DNA of 64,000 nt from Podarcis filfolensis. Its lineage: Eukaryota. Under the pieces are notes generated by a model. It did no database searches, was not told the DNA's origin, and saw only the letters and a program-made list of their open reading frames with translations. A program made the position numbers and the translations under genes. Below are positions 38,923 through 52,514 of the stretch, one piece after another; positions within the stretch are counted from its first letter, which is position 1; each line of letters opens with the position of its first letter. The stretch lies in NCBI GenBank assembly GCA_964270895.1, contig OZ185440.1, one strand, 5' to 3'.

Positions 38923-40839
38923 ATATGTGCTCTAGTAGGCTACAAAAAGAGATTTTGTGTAAAATATTGCTGATAGAAGAGCTTCTTTGGATTTAGGGTC
39001 CTTGTAGGAGGCTTTCTGCTAGAAGAAGGGCACCTCTCAGTGCAAGCCAATTTCACCAAAGGCTGTTGTCTTACCATGCTAAACAGAAGGTATATCCTCA
39101 ATCTTATTTGGAGGGATGGTTTTGTATAGTCAAATCATGCAACAATCCTGTTTTGCTTCATAATCTATGGATCCTGTACTCTGCCCTAAAAAAGCAATGG
39201 ATTAAGAGCTGGTTTCTTGGAACTGAAGCAAAGCTGCTGTCTGGTGACTGGGACTTGCTTTTATTATCTGTTTTGGCATCCCACCCCATCTCACCCCCTA
39301 AAAAAGCAGTCATTTTGCTGGAAAGGACCTTTGATATCCAAAGGGAAGGTTAAGGAATTCAGACTTTGAGAATCCCAGTACAAATGCACCTGATGCACCC
39401 TTCTTGTACTGGTGTGTACACCACTGCTGGCCATCATGGAGAAACTCTTAATTCATTCCTACCCTTTAAGTCCTGATTGTCTTCTATTTCCTTTCCCCTG
39501 GCTGGCTGGCTGAATTCATAAGCCACTTCCTTCTACTTCAGCAACAACAACTCATACAAACCTGACCATCTTGTACAAAGTTACTCAGTTAACTGTCATC
39601 AGAGAGGCCCTGCTCCATCTGCTCTTAGTAGTTTTGCCATATCTTGGAGACATTCTGCCCCAAAAATGTATGCTTTGTGCATGTGCTTTTATTGTTTGGG
39701 CAGCAGCTGAACACCATTTCATTTTTCTAGGCTTTTTGCTTAAATTATTTCATGATCTTTTGCCGCTTTGCTGATGTTGCTTTTGGCACTTGTTGATACA
39801 TTATCAGTTGCAGCTGAGTTACTCGTTGTGTTGATTGTGGAATTATTATTTTTAAAGCAGCAGTCTGTTTTAAATTTTGTAAAGACAAGCTGTGAAAAGT
39901 ACAAATATTTAAAAATAAATGAGCCTTTCCTATGTCATAGTCTTATGTTATGAAAGGGAAGCGGTTCCAGCCACCCAGGGTACTCTGATTATCCTCCTTT
40001 ATGGACTGTCCAGAAAAAAATTTCTAGGTGCAAAAGCATATGGCTTACATGTTTAGAACAGTGACCATCCCTGGCTTTTGTTAAAATAATTCATCTCGTT
40101 GTGGTTGCTTTTTGGTAAAGCACAGAGCATACATGAGCCATTGTTTAGTTCTCTAGATATTCCGTGGATTAAATTAGGAACAAATTTACAGTAAAGAACC
40201 AGTTGTTACTTTCTTGATAACTACGTTCATTTCATTCCTCAGAATGCAGTGATGTGGCTTTCCTGGAAATGTTTGAAGTAGAAAACATTCCTGTGCATAA
40301 ACAAGGGTAGTTTGCACTGGAAAATGTTTTCACTGTAAAGCCCAGCCAGATTGGCGGGGTATAAATAATAAAATGATTATCATCATAGCAGGGGTATCCA
40401 ACATGGTGCCTGCAAATATTGTTGGTCTCCTAACTGCCATCAGCCCCAGCAAGCATAGCCAGTAGTCAAGGTGATGTCTAGCAACATCTGGAGAGTACTG
40501 CTGTAAGGCATCAGAACATTTTCCTATACTGTACTGTACAATTTGTACCTGAACACAAATTGACCTGATTTGCAAAGGAAGTTTTGGCTATTCCTTCCCC
40601 AAAGAGTGATCTAATTTAGCATCTTAATTTTTTAAAACGTTTTAGCATCTTAATTTTACTTATCACTGGAAACAAAGTGAAACTGTATGAAACAGCTGCT
40701 AGATAAAGTATATTTTACATCACTGATATTAGTGCAACAAGGTCATAATTGACTTTGGAGCTTTGGATTCCATCAGTAGCCTGGAAACCATTTCAGGTAA
40801 CTTTGGCAATATTAAATCTATTCCATACCTGCTACTTAC

Positions 40840-41328
40840 TTTAAGTGATGCAATTTCGTCAGGCTCCTGATTTTCAATCTGGGTCTGAAACAATTTGGTT
40901 ATTTTTTCTTCCAGCTTCCCTACTTTATCCTGAAGTTGAATCTTCTCCCGTGAAAGTATTTCTATCTTGGAATTCAGCTCCACAGAGATGTTCCTTATCT
41001 CTTCGTTATTGACTTGCAACATGGAAGTAGTGTTTTTTAGCTGTTCCTCGTCTTCTTTTATCTCATTGGCTTGTTTCGAGATCTCATTAAAAGATTGGTC
41101 AAAAAGGTGAAGTTTCTGAAAGATGTCATCCATCTGGCCTTTGGTCTTGATGGCAAAGTCTTTAAGGCCACGCCCAAGCTGGAGCAGCCCGTTGGCTAGT
41201 AATTGCACATCATGTAACATAGCAAACCTTGGCTCAGGAGATTCTGGTACAAAGGAAAACTCATCTCCATCTAGTCCAGTTGCAGCAACTAGAGAAATTA
41301 CGAAGAGTAATACTAGTATTATTTTCAT
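40840..41328 (-). CDS. ANGPTL3: ANGPTL3 exon 1 (signal peptide, SE1 LPL-inhibitory motif, coiled coil)
   Basis: MKIILVLLFVISLVAATG...RFAMLHDVQLLANGLLQLGRGLKDFAIKTKGQ...EIASLK|gtaag; 489 nt. Confidence 0.96.
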
Positions 41329-41421
41329 TTTCTTTCTGCTTATGATAGCCTTTGGAAATGAAAAGCTTTTCCAAGCTGCTGTTAGCCTTTCTATGTGATA
41401 GTCCTTGCAACTTAGTTTGCC

Positions 41422-41502
41422 TATAAATATGTGCTGCTCAGACCTGAAAAGTCAAGTTGAGGTAGTTGATCATTAAACTTAAATGAGTGTAACCTGTGTC
41501 CT
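41422..41502 (-). promoter_or_regulatory. ANGPTL3 proximal promoter: TATA-like box, HNF1-like site, DR1-like nuclear receptor site
   Basis: Minus-strand TATTTATA (41422-41429); GTTGATCATTAAA (41465-41477), two mismatches to HNF1 GTTAATNATTAAC; minus-strand AGGACA-C-AGGTTA (41490-41502). Confidence 0.6.
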
Positions 41503-43084
41503 TGTTAGGCTTTTTGTACATCGAAACAGACAAAGCAACCTGACTAGCCATTTATGACAGGGACTTTTTTTTTGATCAGCTGTGAGGAGAGATCAGCTGG
41601 AGGCAGTACTTAAGTGGTGAGGCTTCTAGTCAGTGACTACCTAGCCCTCCTATAAAATTTGACCAGTTGCTCAAGGACCTTGCTGAGACAACTTGTATGT
41701 TTTGGCCTCAGCTATAGGAGTACTATACCTCCACTTTGATCTCCTTCAACGATGCATAGCCTTGTTTTGCCCTGGCTGCCTGGGGAGCCTGGAACTACTG
41801 ATCTCTCCTTGCTTGGCCCATCATTCCTTCTTGGTGGTTGGCATCCGTGTGGATCATAATAAAGGCTGAAAAGGGAGAGTATATGCAAATTAGGAAGGGG
41901 GCCACCATGTTATTCAAACAGAAATGATTTCCTCCATACTTTAGGACACCATTGAACCCCAAAGGGGATATAAAGCTGTAAGGGATTTATAAGACTCTGA
42001 AAAGTTCATGTGTAGGAGTACACTATAAGAAGGTCATACCTATGACAAAATATACCATGCACTGGCAGAATGCTATATGAAGAGTGTAGGGTTTTAAAGA
42101 GATAATTCACTGCAAAGACAAGGAAAGAGACATAGCCTGGAAGGGAGAAAGAAGATCACTTCCAGGATCGTCACGAGAAAGTATGATGGCATTTGTCCTA
42201 TTGGATGCAAGTTGTGGGGTTTTAACTCTTCATTTCTTTTCCTCTTGCAACACTGTCAACCCCGGGCCAGGATTCTGTTTGCTGAGCTTTTTAAAGCAAA
42301 TAGATGCATGTTGAACAGAAGGAGAAACTTTTAACCTTCTAACCAAAACAGTTTCGCTTTGGATAGAAAGGTTCCTCACCTGTACTTAAGAGAAAATATC
42401 ACCAAAGAAGAGTGCAAAGGGCATAAGTCCTTTTTTTTAAAATGGCCAGTACCAATATGAGTCCCCAGAAGAACACTGTTCTTAATATAGGGATCACACA
42501 GCTTGGCTTCGCAAATACATTTAAATCCCTCTCTTAAGCTACTAATAACACTTAATGAAAGTTTTATGAGAAAAGAACATTTTAAAGTAAATTTTCATAT
42601 CCATTTTTATTTGAAAAAGCACGTTGAGGAGCAAATGTATTCATGCCAGAATGAGGTAATTTAGGAGAGCCACAAAAAAGGAGGAAAAAGAAGTATTTCA
42701 GCAGCCGCCTGCAGAAATAATAAAGAGAACATTGATTAAGCCAGATGACCAATGGGGATGAAATTCCAGCGCTTAATTCAGCATGAAGGTCTTCCTTTGA
42801 AACAGAAAGAATGCCCTATCTGCTCACTTCAGCTTGCTGCAGTGTATGGAATGCAGAAAGATAATGTGGCTCTGTAGTCCACCATTCTGTGTAGCACAAG
42901 AAAAATGCAAAATCTATTGGGTTTGATTTGAAGGTATGTCTGCTACTGACAACAGAAGGTTCCTTCCTCTGACAGAGGGAGATTCTGTCTGTTTGGAGAA
43001 TATGAGCCATTGGAAGCAACCCATTGAGAATGGAGTGTCGTGGTGAGTCAGGGAAGTTGTGGCTCAGTGGAATATGGAATATGG

Positions 43085-43208
43085 CAAGCGTAGGCAAACT
43101 CTGCCCTCCAGATGTTTTGGGACATCCCTGACCACTGGTCCTGTTAGCTAGGGATGATGGAAGTTGTAGTCCCAAAACATCTGGAGGGCAAAGTTTGCCT
43201 ATGCCTTG
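43085..43208. mobile_element. hAT-type palindromic MITE
   Basis: aggcaaactctgccctccagatgttttggg / cccaaaacatctggagggcaaagtttgcct. Confidence 0.75.
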
Positions 43209-43511
43209 AATATAGTATATGCCAAACCATTGGTGGAGGATCTGTAGCAAGTGACCCAGTGATGTTTTGTGTTTGGGAGTTTGTGAAAAGCCAAATGGTA
43301 AAACGTAGATGTGTCATGTCAAAATGGGCAAAGATATATTGAGAAATAATGCATTCTGACTCTCATTTTCCTTTGCTGTTTGCAGGCTACTTCTCTTACA
43401 TGATTTCTCTTTGCATTTTTTATGTTTCAGAAGTGTAAGAAAGCAGGCAGAAAACATGCAATAATGTGCATCATTGGCCTCACACAACACACTGCTACAT
43501 TGCTCCAATAG

Positions 43512-43835
<324 letters not shown>

Positions 43836-44702
43836 TAGCCTGAGTAGTCTGCTTTGGACTCAGTGTTGCTTCCTATCCTTTCTGCAAGCCCAACAGAAAT
43901 ATAGCACAGTTTATATTAAATTTAAATATTTATGACATGTTATTTTATGACATGTTGTTTCCTCTAATTTATTTACTAATTGAATAAATTTATACCCCAC
44001 TTTTTTAGAAGTCTTCTCTACAAAGTGGCTTCCACAGCATCTAAGATTGTTTTACACACATTAGAATATACAAATAAAATATAAGAATTGGAGAAACATA
44101 TGCTCCATGCATTTCAAATGAGAAAAGCAGCATTAAAATCCAAGGACCCACAGCACAAAATCCTCAAGACAATGTTACCCACTAACAGCTGGTGAGGAAA
44201 GAGCTGTCTTCAAAGGTCTTTTATACATTGTAAAGGACCCTCAACTGGACAGTCTCACAATTGAGTGGCCATTGCTGAGAAAACTCCTTTATGGATAGCC
44301 ACAATCATAGCCCCTACGCAAGGCTAATCTAACCTTTCAAACTTCATGGTGCATTTGGGCTTGTGCTTATGTAGTTCTTGCCATTTCTTTTCTACGATGC
44401 TCATACAACCAACATTGCTTAATGTGCAGCAGAGAAATGGAATCGCCTCTCTCATGAAATTGTAGCAACCAGCATTCCAGCCAAATCACCTCCTGCCCGA
44501 TTTCCATTTGTAATCATTGTTTAAACTGATGTGCATCATAATTATATAAAATGTAATTTTACCAGTAGAGGTTCTGGTGTTCATTTTGCCTTGGCAAAAT
44601 TGACCGACATTTCACTGATGTTGGTAAAGGCTCTTGGCTCCTAGCCTAACTTCTAGAACTCAAAAGCAATATTAAATTGTCTTGTTTTATTTCCTTTTGC
44701 AG

Positions 44703-44773
44703 GTAATATTTGGAAAATCCAGCTGTGCTGAATTTTCAAAAGAAGCATATACAGCTGTTGTGTATCATAACAG
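44703..44773 (+). CDS. DOCK7: DOCK7 exon 16 (DHR-1)
   Basis: [23 protein letters not shown]; 71 nt. Confidence 0.96.
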
Positions 44774-46545
44774 GTAAAATGCAAAAGACGCCACATGACA
44801 CTATGTGCATAATGCAATTAAAATTGGAAGCCAGACAGTAGTGGTTATAACAGTGTACCAGTAGCTAGGTACACAGTGCTTTTGATTATAAGTATAAAGC
44901 AAAACAGTGACAAAGGCCTTGATGATTCTGCAGTCCTCTTGGTCTGTGGACAATGTAATGTGGGATACATACATATAGTCGACCCGTACCATATGGAGAT
45001 GCCATTTTTTGATAATGGTTTTATCACTATGTGTATCGATCCTTTGATTGGCAGCTGATGCAAAGCATGGCATTTAGACTTCTTTAAGAATCCTATGGGG
45101 AGCATGGCATGTCAAGTACATGAACACTGCATCAGCCTTTATGTAGGATTTTTTTCTCAGGTGCTCTCCGTTTCATGAAACCAACCACCACCATGACACT
45201 ATTGCTTTCGCTGTGTTGTTTGTAAGCATACGCTATGTCTAAATACAGAAAAGCTACCCATTAGAATGGTGTATATATAAAAACTTTTAAAATATGAGTA
45301 TTGTACTATCATGCACAATATATTTTGGATGAAGAATCTGACATTGAAATTCACGCTTTGGAATGCCAAATTCAAAAAGTCCTGGCAACAGATAACCTTG
45401 CAATATGGTCTGTCTTGCAAAAGGCACTGAGCTTGCTTGTTTGTTTATTTATTGAATCAGATATTCAGTACATCTAAAAATTAAATCCTGCAATTGGTAG
45501 ACATTCCAGTCGTTAACGGAACTTGTCCCAATACTCAGTTTATTTGGGTTTAAAGTTTATTTAGTTTGTGAGGAATATTTTTTTCTTGTAATTATGTCCA
45601 GAATTTTTGTCTTCCTCTTCAAGCTATTAATAGTGGAATATATTGGATGGAGCCCAATGAAGGGTAAAAGTGGTTTAGGACTGAGGCCAAAGTGCCCAAA
45701 TCCTATTAAGGTTTAAAGTGTCCAAATCTCATTTATATGTTATTTGGCTTTTTCAGGGATTTGTCATTCTTTTGACTTTTAAATCACATGCAGCTTGATC
45801 CTGGTGGCATGCCAAGTATTCTAGCAAAACACTTAGAAAAAGGGTCAATAAATTTTGGCTGGTTTAGGTAGCCAGGGCTTGAGCAGCCAGCAAAAATTGG
45901 AGGCTCCCAGGACCCTGTCCCTCCCCACTGGGAGCAGGGGAGGGCTTCAAAGGTGCTCATCTGCACAATGTGAGACTGGCTCGGCTCCAATAAGAGTTTG
46001 GGTTCATCTATTTTGCACTGCATTTCTGAACATTTACACTGTCTCCAAAGTGGTTTCATCACATACAAGGTCAGCTCTCTTCCTTGAGCTCGTAGCTGAT
46101 GCTGTTGTGGAGCAGGGCAAGGAATTTTCCAGAGTGCTGTGATATGTTTTGAAGGTGCTCAAAGCACTTCTGATCTTCGCTGAGTCATGAGTACATTTAT
46201 CTTACTGTAAAGTACCGTAGTGGTTTACCGTTTCTCAGGCTTGTCTCCCTGTCTGTAACTTGCTAAGAGAGAACAAACAGGCCATTAAATATTTAAAGAA
46301 TAGCATCCCTGTATCATTAAACCAAGATTTGATCATGCAAATTTGCCTCTTATCTTAGAAATACTAAATTCACCTGAAGGTCTTATAGAATTTGGTTTTC
46401 TGGAATTAGGGAACTAAGCGGGAATTATAAATTCTTTTTTTCTTTATGCTTCTCACATCAGAAGATTCTATTTAAATGCAGAAGAGCAGCAGGCAGTTAA
46501 GCATGGGTGTATTCTAGGCTTCAAAAGCTTTATACTTACAGATGA

Positions 46546-46857
<312 letters not shown>

Positions 46858-47138
46858 TAGTAATTTCTGACTCTTTGATGTCACTGAGAGCTCAGCATCA
46901 TGTGACAAGGTTGAAAGTGACCACCCACTGTGGTACTCAGAATTGGGAACAAGAACAGAGGCAAGCTGGCAGTGGACAGAAAGATATATTCTTGTGGACT
47001 GCAAATAATACAATTTGGGTTTATTCTGAGTTTCGTTCTATAAAAATGAACCTTTGTGTTCCCACTTTAGTTTGAAGCATTCCTTTCATGCTTTCCATTT
47101 TCTAGTCTTACATTTCCTTCCACCTCTTCCTTTTAGAG

Positions 47139-47470
47139 CAGCGGTAGGGAACCTGTTTCAAACCGAGAGCCACGTTACCTCATGGACAGCGCATGCATGG
47201 GGCAGGTGGGGCCAGGGCCAAATGTTTCTGGAGCAACAGATATTTCTTGCCTTTGTCCAGTAGACTCCATTCCAGCCCAGCAAAAATCAGAGCACCACAC
47301 AGGCATTATCATCATTCAGAGACTAATATGAGCAAGGCAAAGGCACTTAAGAAGGACGCAGGGCAGGGCCAGTGAGGGGCACTGCCTGGAGAAAGGGGGC
47401 GTGGCCTGGGGAGAACCTGGGGGCCTCTGGGATTGTGGCCTGCGACCCTGTTTTGGAGTACGAATTGGAG
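47139..47470. mobile_element. Probable hAT-derived element (left end clear, right end uncertain)
   Basis: cagcggtagggaacctg left TIR preceded by ttttagag; GC-rich interior. Confidence 0.4.
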
Positions 47471-47640
47471 CGTATACCACTCAACACAAAGTCCATACAC
47501 TCTTGAACCCAAATCCTTGTGATTCTGATAGTGTGTTGTTCTTATCCTGTACCTTCAGATAAGTTTTATTATTATTACGTTGGATGAATTGGACATACCC
47601 TGTGTACAAATGAGATATTTTGCCTTCTTCCCCCCGTTAA

Positions 47641-47763
<123 letters not shown>

Positions 47764-47960
47764 TAATGACAAATTAAGCAGTAGGCATCTGAAATATTCT
47801 GACTCCTTACTTAGACAGCAAGCTTTAAAAGATGTTCATATCTTCCATGTCTAATATTGAATGGAGTGCCTGCTTTTGCTAGACCTATCTGTAATTGATA
47901 TTTCTGCTTTGTAATCAGACTCCTGAATGCTTTTATTATTTGCTTCCTCCCCACCCTCAG

Positions 47961-48047
47961 GTGCCGCTGCCTGGAATGAAGTGGGTAGATAACCATAAGG
48001 GAGTTTTTAATGTAGAAATAGTTGCTGTGTCATCTATTCATACACAG
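47961..48047 (+). CDS. DOCK7: DOCK7 exon 19 (end of DHR-1)
   Basis: [29 protein letters not shown]; 87 nt. Confidence 0.96.
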
Positions 48048-48184
48048 GTATGTATTCATAGCAGTCCCTACATGAGAAAGGCTTGAATCCAATCTAGATA
48101 TAATTTCTCCTATCTCTCTCACAGAGAAATGTATTTTTTGTTTAGACAAAGGATATAATTCGCTTTTGAAGTAACATGACTTAG

Positions 48185-48538
<354 letters not shown>

Positions 48539-49491
48539 TAATCACATGTAGCCCTTTTGTTCTTCGTGGACATGTTCAAGGATGCTTTCATTGTTCACCT
48601 GTAACATTTGGGGGCCATCATTGATTGGAAGTCTCGATGAATGGAATAGGAGATGTTTGGAATTCACCATGTGTGTGTTTCTGTGTTACTCTCAATAGAG
48701 TTCGCCAGAGCTGGCTTGACGTTCAGTGCCTTTTCCTTTGTACTGTAGTGCGGATAATTGAAATTACTATGAAGTCATCCCAGGGACAACAGTGTATTAT
48801 ATTTGGCCAGTTATGATACATGTAACATTTCCCCATCCATCTCAATACCTTTTCATATGTATCACATATGTATGCTTGTTAGCTGTGGTAGAGGATTGAA
48901 ATGGAAGGGAGCTAAACATTTTGACTGCGACAGTTAGTGATTTCCATTTGGTGTCCTTTGATCAGTGGGGGTGTCCATTAATGGACGAGGAGGAGAGGCG
49001 ATTTCTTTCCTTTTGCCACTCCTAGCACCTTAAAAAAATTCAGCTTCAGGCAGTTGAGAGATCTTCCAGAACAGGGTGGAAGGTGGAATGGGGGGAAGTG
49101 TAGGGGGAAGGAAGAAATGGCAAAAAATATCTCTCTTTCTATTCTGTTAGCAAACACCTCTGCTGTATCTAAAACCTTTTTGTGACCACAGTGCACCAAT
49201 TTGGATTCCAATCTTTCTGACTGGCATGCTGCCTGAACTATTTCTTACCCAATTCCTTGATGGAACTTATAATTTATGCTATACAGTATAAACTATTCAG
49301 CATCCTAGAAAGACTTAATAATTCAAGTGCTTGCTCTCCCCACTAAGGGTTAAATTTCAAAATACTTAAGCTCCTCTGGAAATGTTTTTCATGAGAAATG
49401 AATGTGGGCTTAGCTTAAAAAAAAAAAGTGTTGTGATAGTGAGGCTACCTATATTGATAAATGTTGAACTGCTTGATTTATTTATTTTTAG

Positions 49492-49656
49492 TAAATCTGG
49501 GTCAAGCGTCTTTTGAAGCCATGGCCTCTATTGTAAACAGACTCCACAAAAACCTCGAAGGAAACCAAGACCAGCATGGCAGAAACAACCTCCTCACCTC
49601 ATATATTTATTACGTTTTTCGCTTGCCAAACACCTCTCCCAATTCGCCATCTTCAG
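49492..49656 (+). CDS. DOCK7: DOCK7 exon 21
   Basis: [54 protein letters not shown]; 165 nt. Confidence 0.96.
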
Positions 49657-50273
49657 GTGGGTTCTCTTTTTGGGGGGTAAAGGTTGGAACTGAGGGGCAT
49701 GCTTCTCCAGGTGTTATTCGTCTTCGGGTTTGTCAGAGGCTGAGCCTAGTTTTAGCAAGAGAACATGTGAGTTAGTTGACACAAAGAGCGGTGCACACAA
49801 CCATCGCTTGGATGCACCAGAGTCCCTAAGGCTTCCCAGTTTCCACCTCCACACGGTTGCTCCCCATCTCCTGTCCACACATGCTGAGTGGTCCCACAAC
49901 CTCAAGGAACATATTTCTATGGGATACAAGCAGCTTCAGCTGGAGTGGGTGGTGTCAAAAGATCTCCCTTCCCTTGCGGTTTGTTGAATCAAGGCTCATC
50001 TGTTCAGGCTCTTTTCCTCACCACTAAGTGCAGGCATCTTGATGAAGGCAGTGCATGAATTCCAGACCAGCTGGGGCTTCCAGTGCCTCCTTTGAAAGCT
50101 TCAAAGGCAATCATTTTCAGAGACCGATGGGAAGTGAAGGCAACACAAGGGATGACTTGAACCCAAGGGATCTGCCAACAGCGCCATTGAGGAAGCTGTG
50201 GAAGTGACTGGTACTGGAAGTGGAACTAGTGTTGGTTTGGTATACGGTATTCCGCCTCATGCCACCTTGTTGA

Positions 50274-50534
<261 letters not shown>

Positions 50535-52421
50535 TAATCTCTTACATTTTCAAACCCCACTGGGGTCCAGGCAGTGTTATCCGCCCTAACCTGGATGCAG
50601 CTTGTACTTTAAAATGTGCCGCGATGTCCTTGCTTGTTCAGGAAGGCAGCGCTCAAAGGGTGTTTGCAGCCGTAAGCAGGTTACTTTTCAAGGTGCTCTA
50701 CCTGCACAAGGACAAAGGCAACGAAAGAGCAGACTCTTTTATTGTGAAGTTCTGACCTTTACTTTTTCCTTTCGGTCCAAATTATTTTATGAGCCACTTT
50801 AAAAGCGTTTTACACCCAGTTACATGAAAAATCAATCGAAGGCACTTTATTTTTTTAAGTCATCGCCCCGTTTGTATAAAAGGGCAAGATGGAAATGGAA
50901 GCACCAAGGAATTTAATAATTTTTGAATGATTAAAAAAAAAACCATTTCACCCCAAAAAGCGACACGTGTTGTTCTTATTAAACATTAAAGGCTTTGACT
51001 GGGAGAGCTCAGAATATTTAAGTATCCATTTGATGGTCTTGCTAATTAAACCACCTTGACCTTTTTGTGAAATGCCTGAGGGAGTGATGTGCACATGGAA
51101 TTTACCTTGGATATGATAAGTTTTATGTGAGCTGCCTGGCCTTGAGTAATTTGGCAATAAAAATGGATAGAAGCTTTCTTACAGAAACATATTCTGCTTT
51201 TTAATAAGCTGGAAGGAGTAATGCGACAGCCTGGCAGAGATATTGTAAAACTCTGGGCACATCAAAATCAGTGGAAACCCTCAATTTTGCTTTGGAAGTG
51301 TCATGATTTCTTTCCCCGACCAAAACCTGATTTGGGGCTTTTTGCTATGCTTCTGAAATCCTGTTTTGCTTTAGAAAAAAATATAGATTGGGTCCAAATT
51401 ATGGATTGGATTATTCCAGTTCCTGCCCTGCACCCAGGGGGTGAGAGAGTGTGAGGTGGGAGCTGGGGGAGCGGAAGGAGGAATACAATACAAGGACATG
51501 ATTGGCACTCAGACTGGCCAATGGATTTTTAAAAGGCAGGTGGAACACCAACCAACCACAAACTGCATCTTACAGAAATTTTGATTGCAGGACTGTTCTT
51601 GCCCCAGCTTGTTGAACTTTATTTACTGCGAGTTTCTAAACTCCTAAGAGTGCTTTCATATTGCTCCATGGTTTATAAATTTTGACTCCGAGACCTGGAT
51701 TGTTTATTCATTATTTATCTGCCAATGTTTGGTTCAGGGACCTTTGGTCCAAGTATAAAATGCCAACAGGATGGCTGTAGCAATTTACTGGAGACTAGGA
51801 AACTTTTGAAACAGCAATTTGGGTGCATCTGTGTGCAGATATCGATTTTTGTGTGCCCAGAAATGTATGTGGACAGGTTTCATTAGTCTGAGCTGGTGAA
51901 GAGAGGCCTGATGAGGCTACTTTCTTTGAAGTAATAAGATAAAATCCTTGTTACACCAACCGCTCAATAGTCTCAGTGGAGAGGTTATGTTAAAGTAATA
52001 TGTTTGAACATAGAATATGTAAGTTTATGTCTAAAGTCAATGGCTAGAACAAACACCATTAGATGTACTGCTGGATAAATGTTTAATGGTTCTTGTATTT
52101 GTTTAAAAACCCACAAAAATGGTTTCTTTAAGATGTAATCAATGACCCAAATTCAGGCAAAATAAAAAAAATAGGGAAATTTGAAAAGATGCCCTTTATT
52201 GAAGACATCCATCTTTTTAGCATGTGAGCGTGTGTGTGATGAGGAAATGAGAGAAATAACCCATTGGACTAAAACGTAGTTAGTTTTAACAGTACTAATT
52301 GTATGGAATACACTCTGGGTTTCTTTGAAGGAATTGATTTTCTCTGCGTTTTCCTGTACTGTGTGGCATGCAACATGTAACATTTCTTTCCTTTCCCTGC
52401 TGCTTTCTGTTATATGCCCAG

Positions 52422-52514
52422 GGCTTAGACCGCTCCAATTCCTGGGTAAACACTGGTGCTCCAAAAGCTGCCCCATGGGGATCCAACCCCAGTCCAAGTG
52501 CAGAGACTACACAG
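52422..52514 (+). CDS. DOCK7: DOCK7 exon 23 (93-nt in-frame cassette exon)
   Basis: [31 protein letters not shown]; phase 0-0; matches the 31-aa segment present in only some mammalian DOCK7 isoforms. Confidence 0.93.

Noticed and set aside
40615-40657. Short direct duplications (also about 25011-25033, 43929-43955, 59849-59876)
   Set aside because: Typical replication-slippage duplications with no functional context.
49715-50120. Possible LINE fragment (also about 6700-7030)
   Set aside because: The composition suggests an old retroelement, but I could not assign a family or boundaries.
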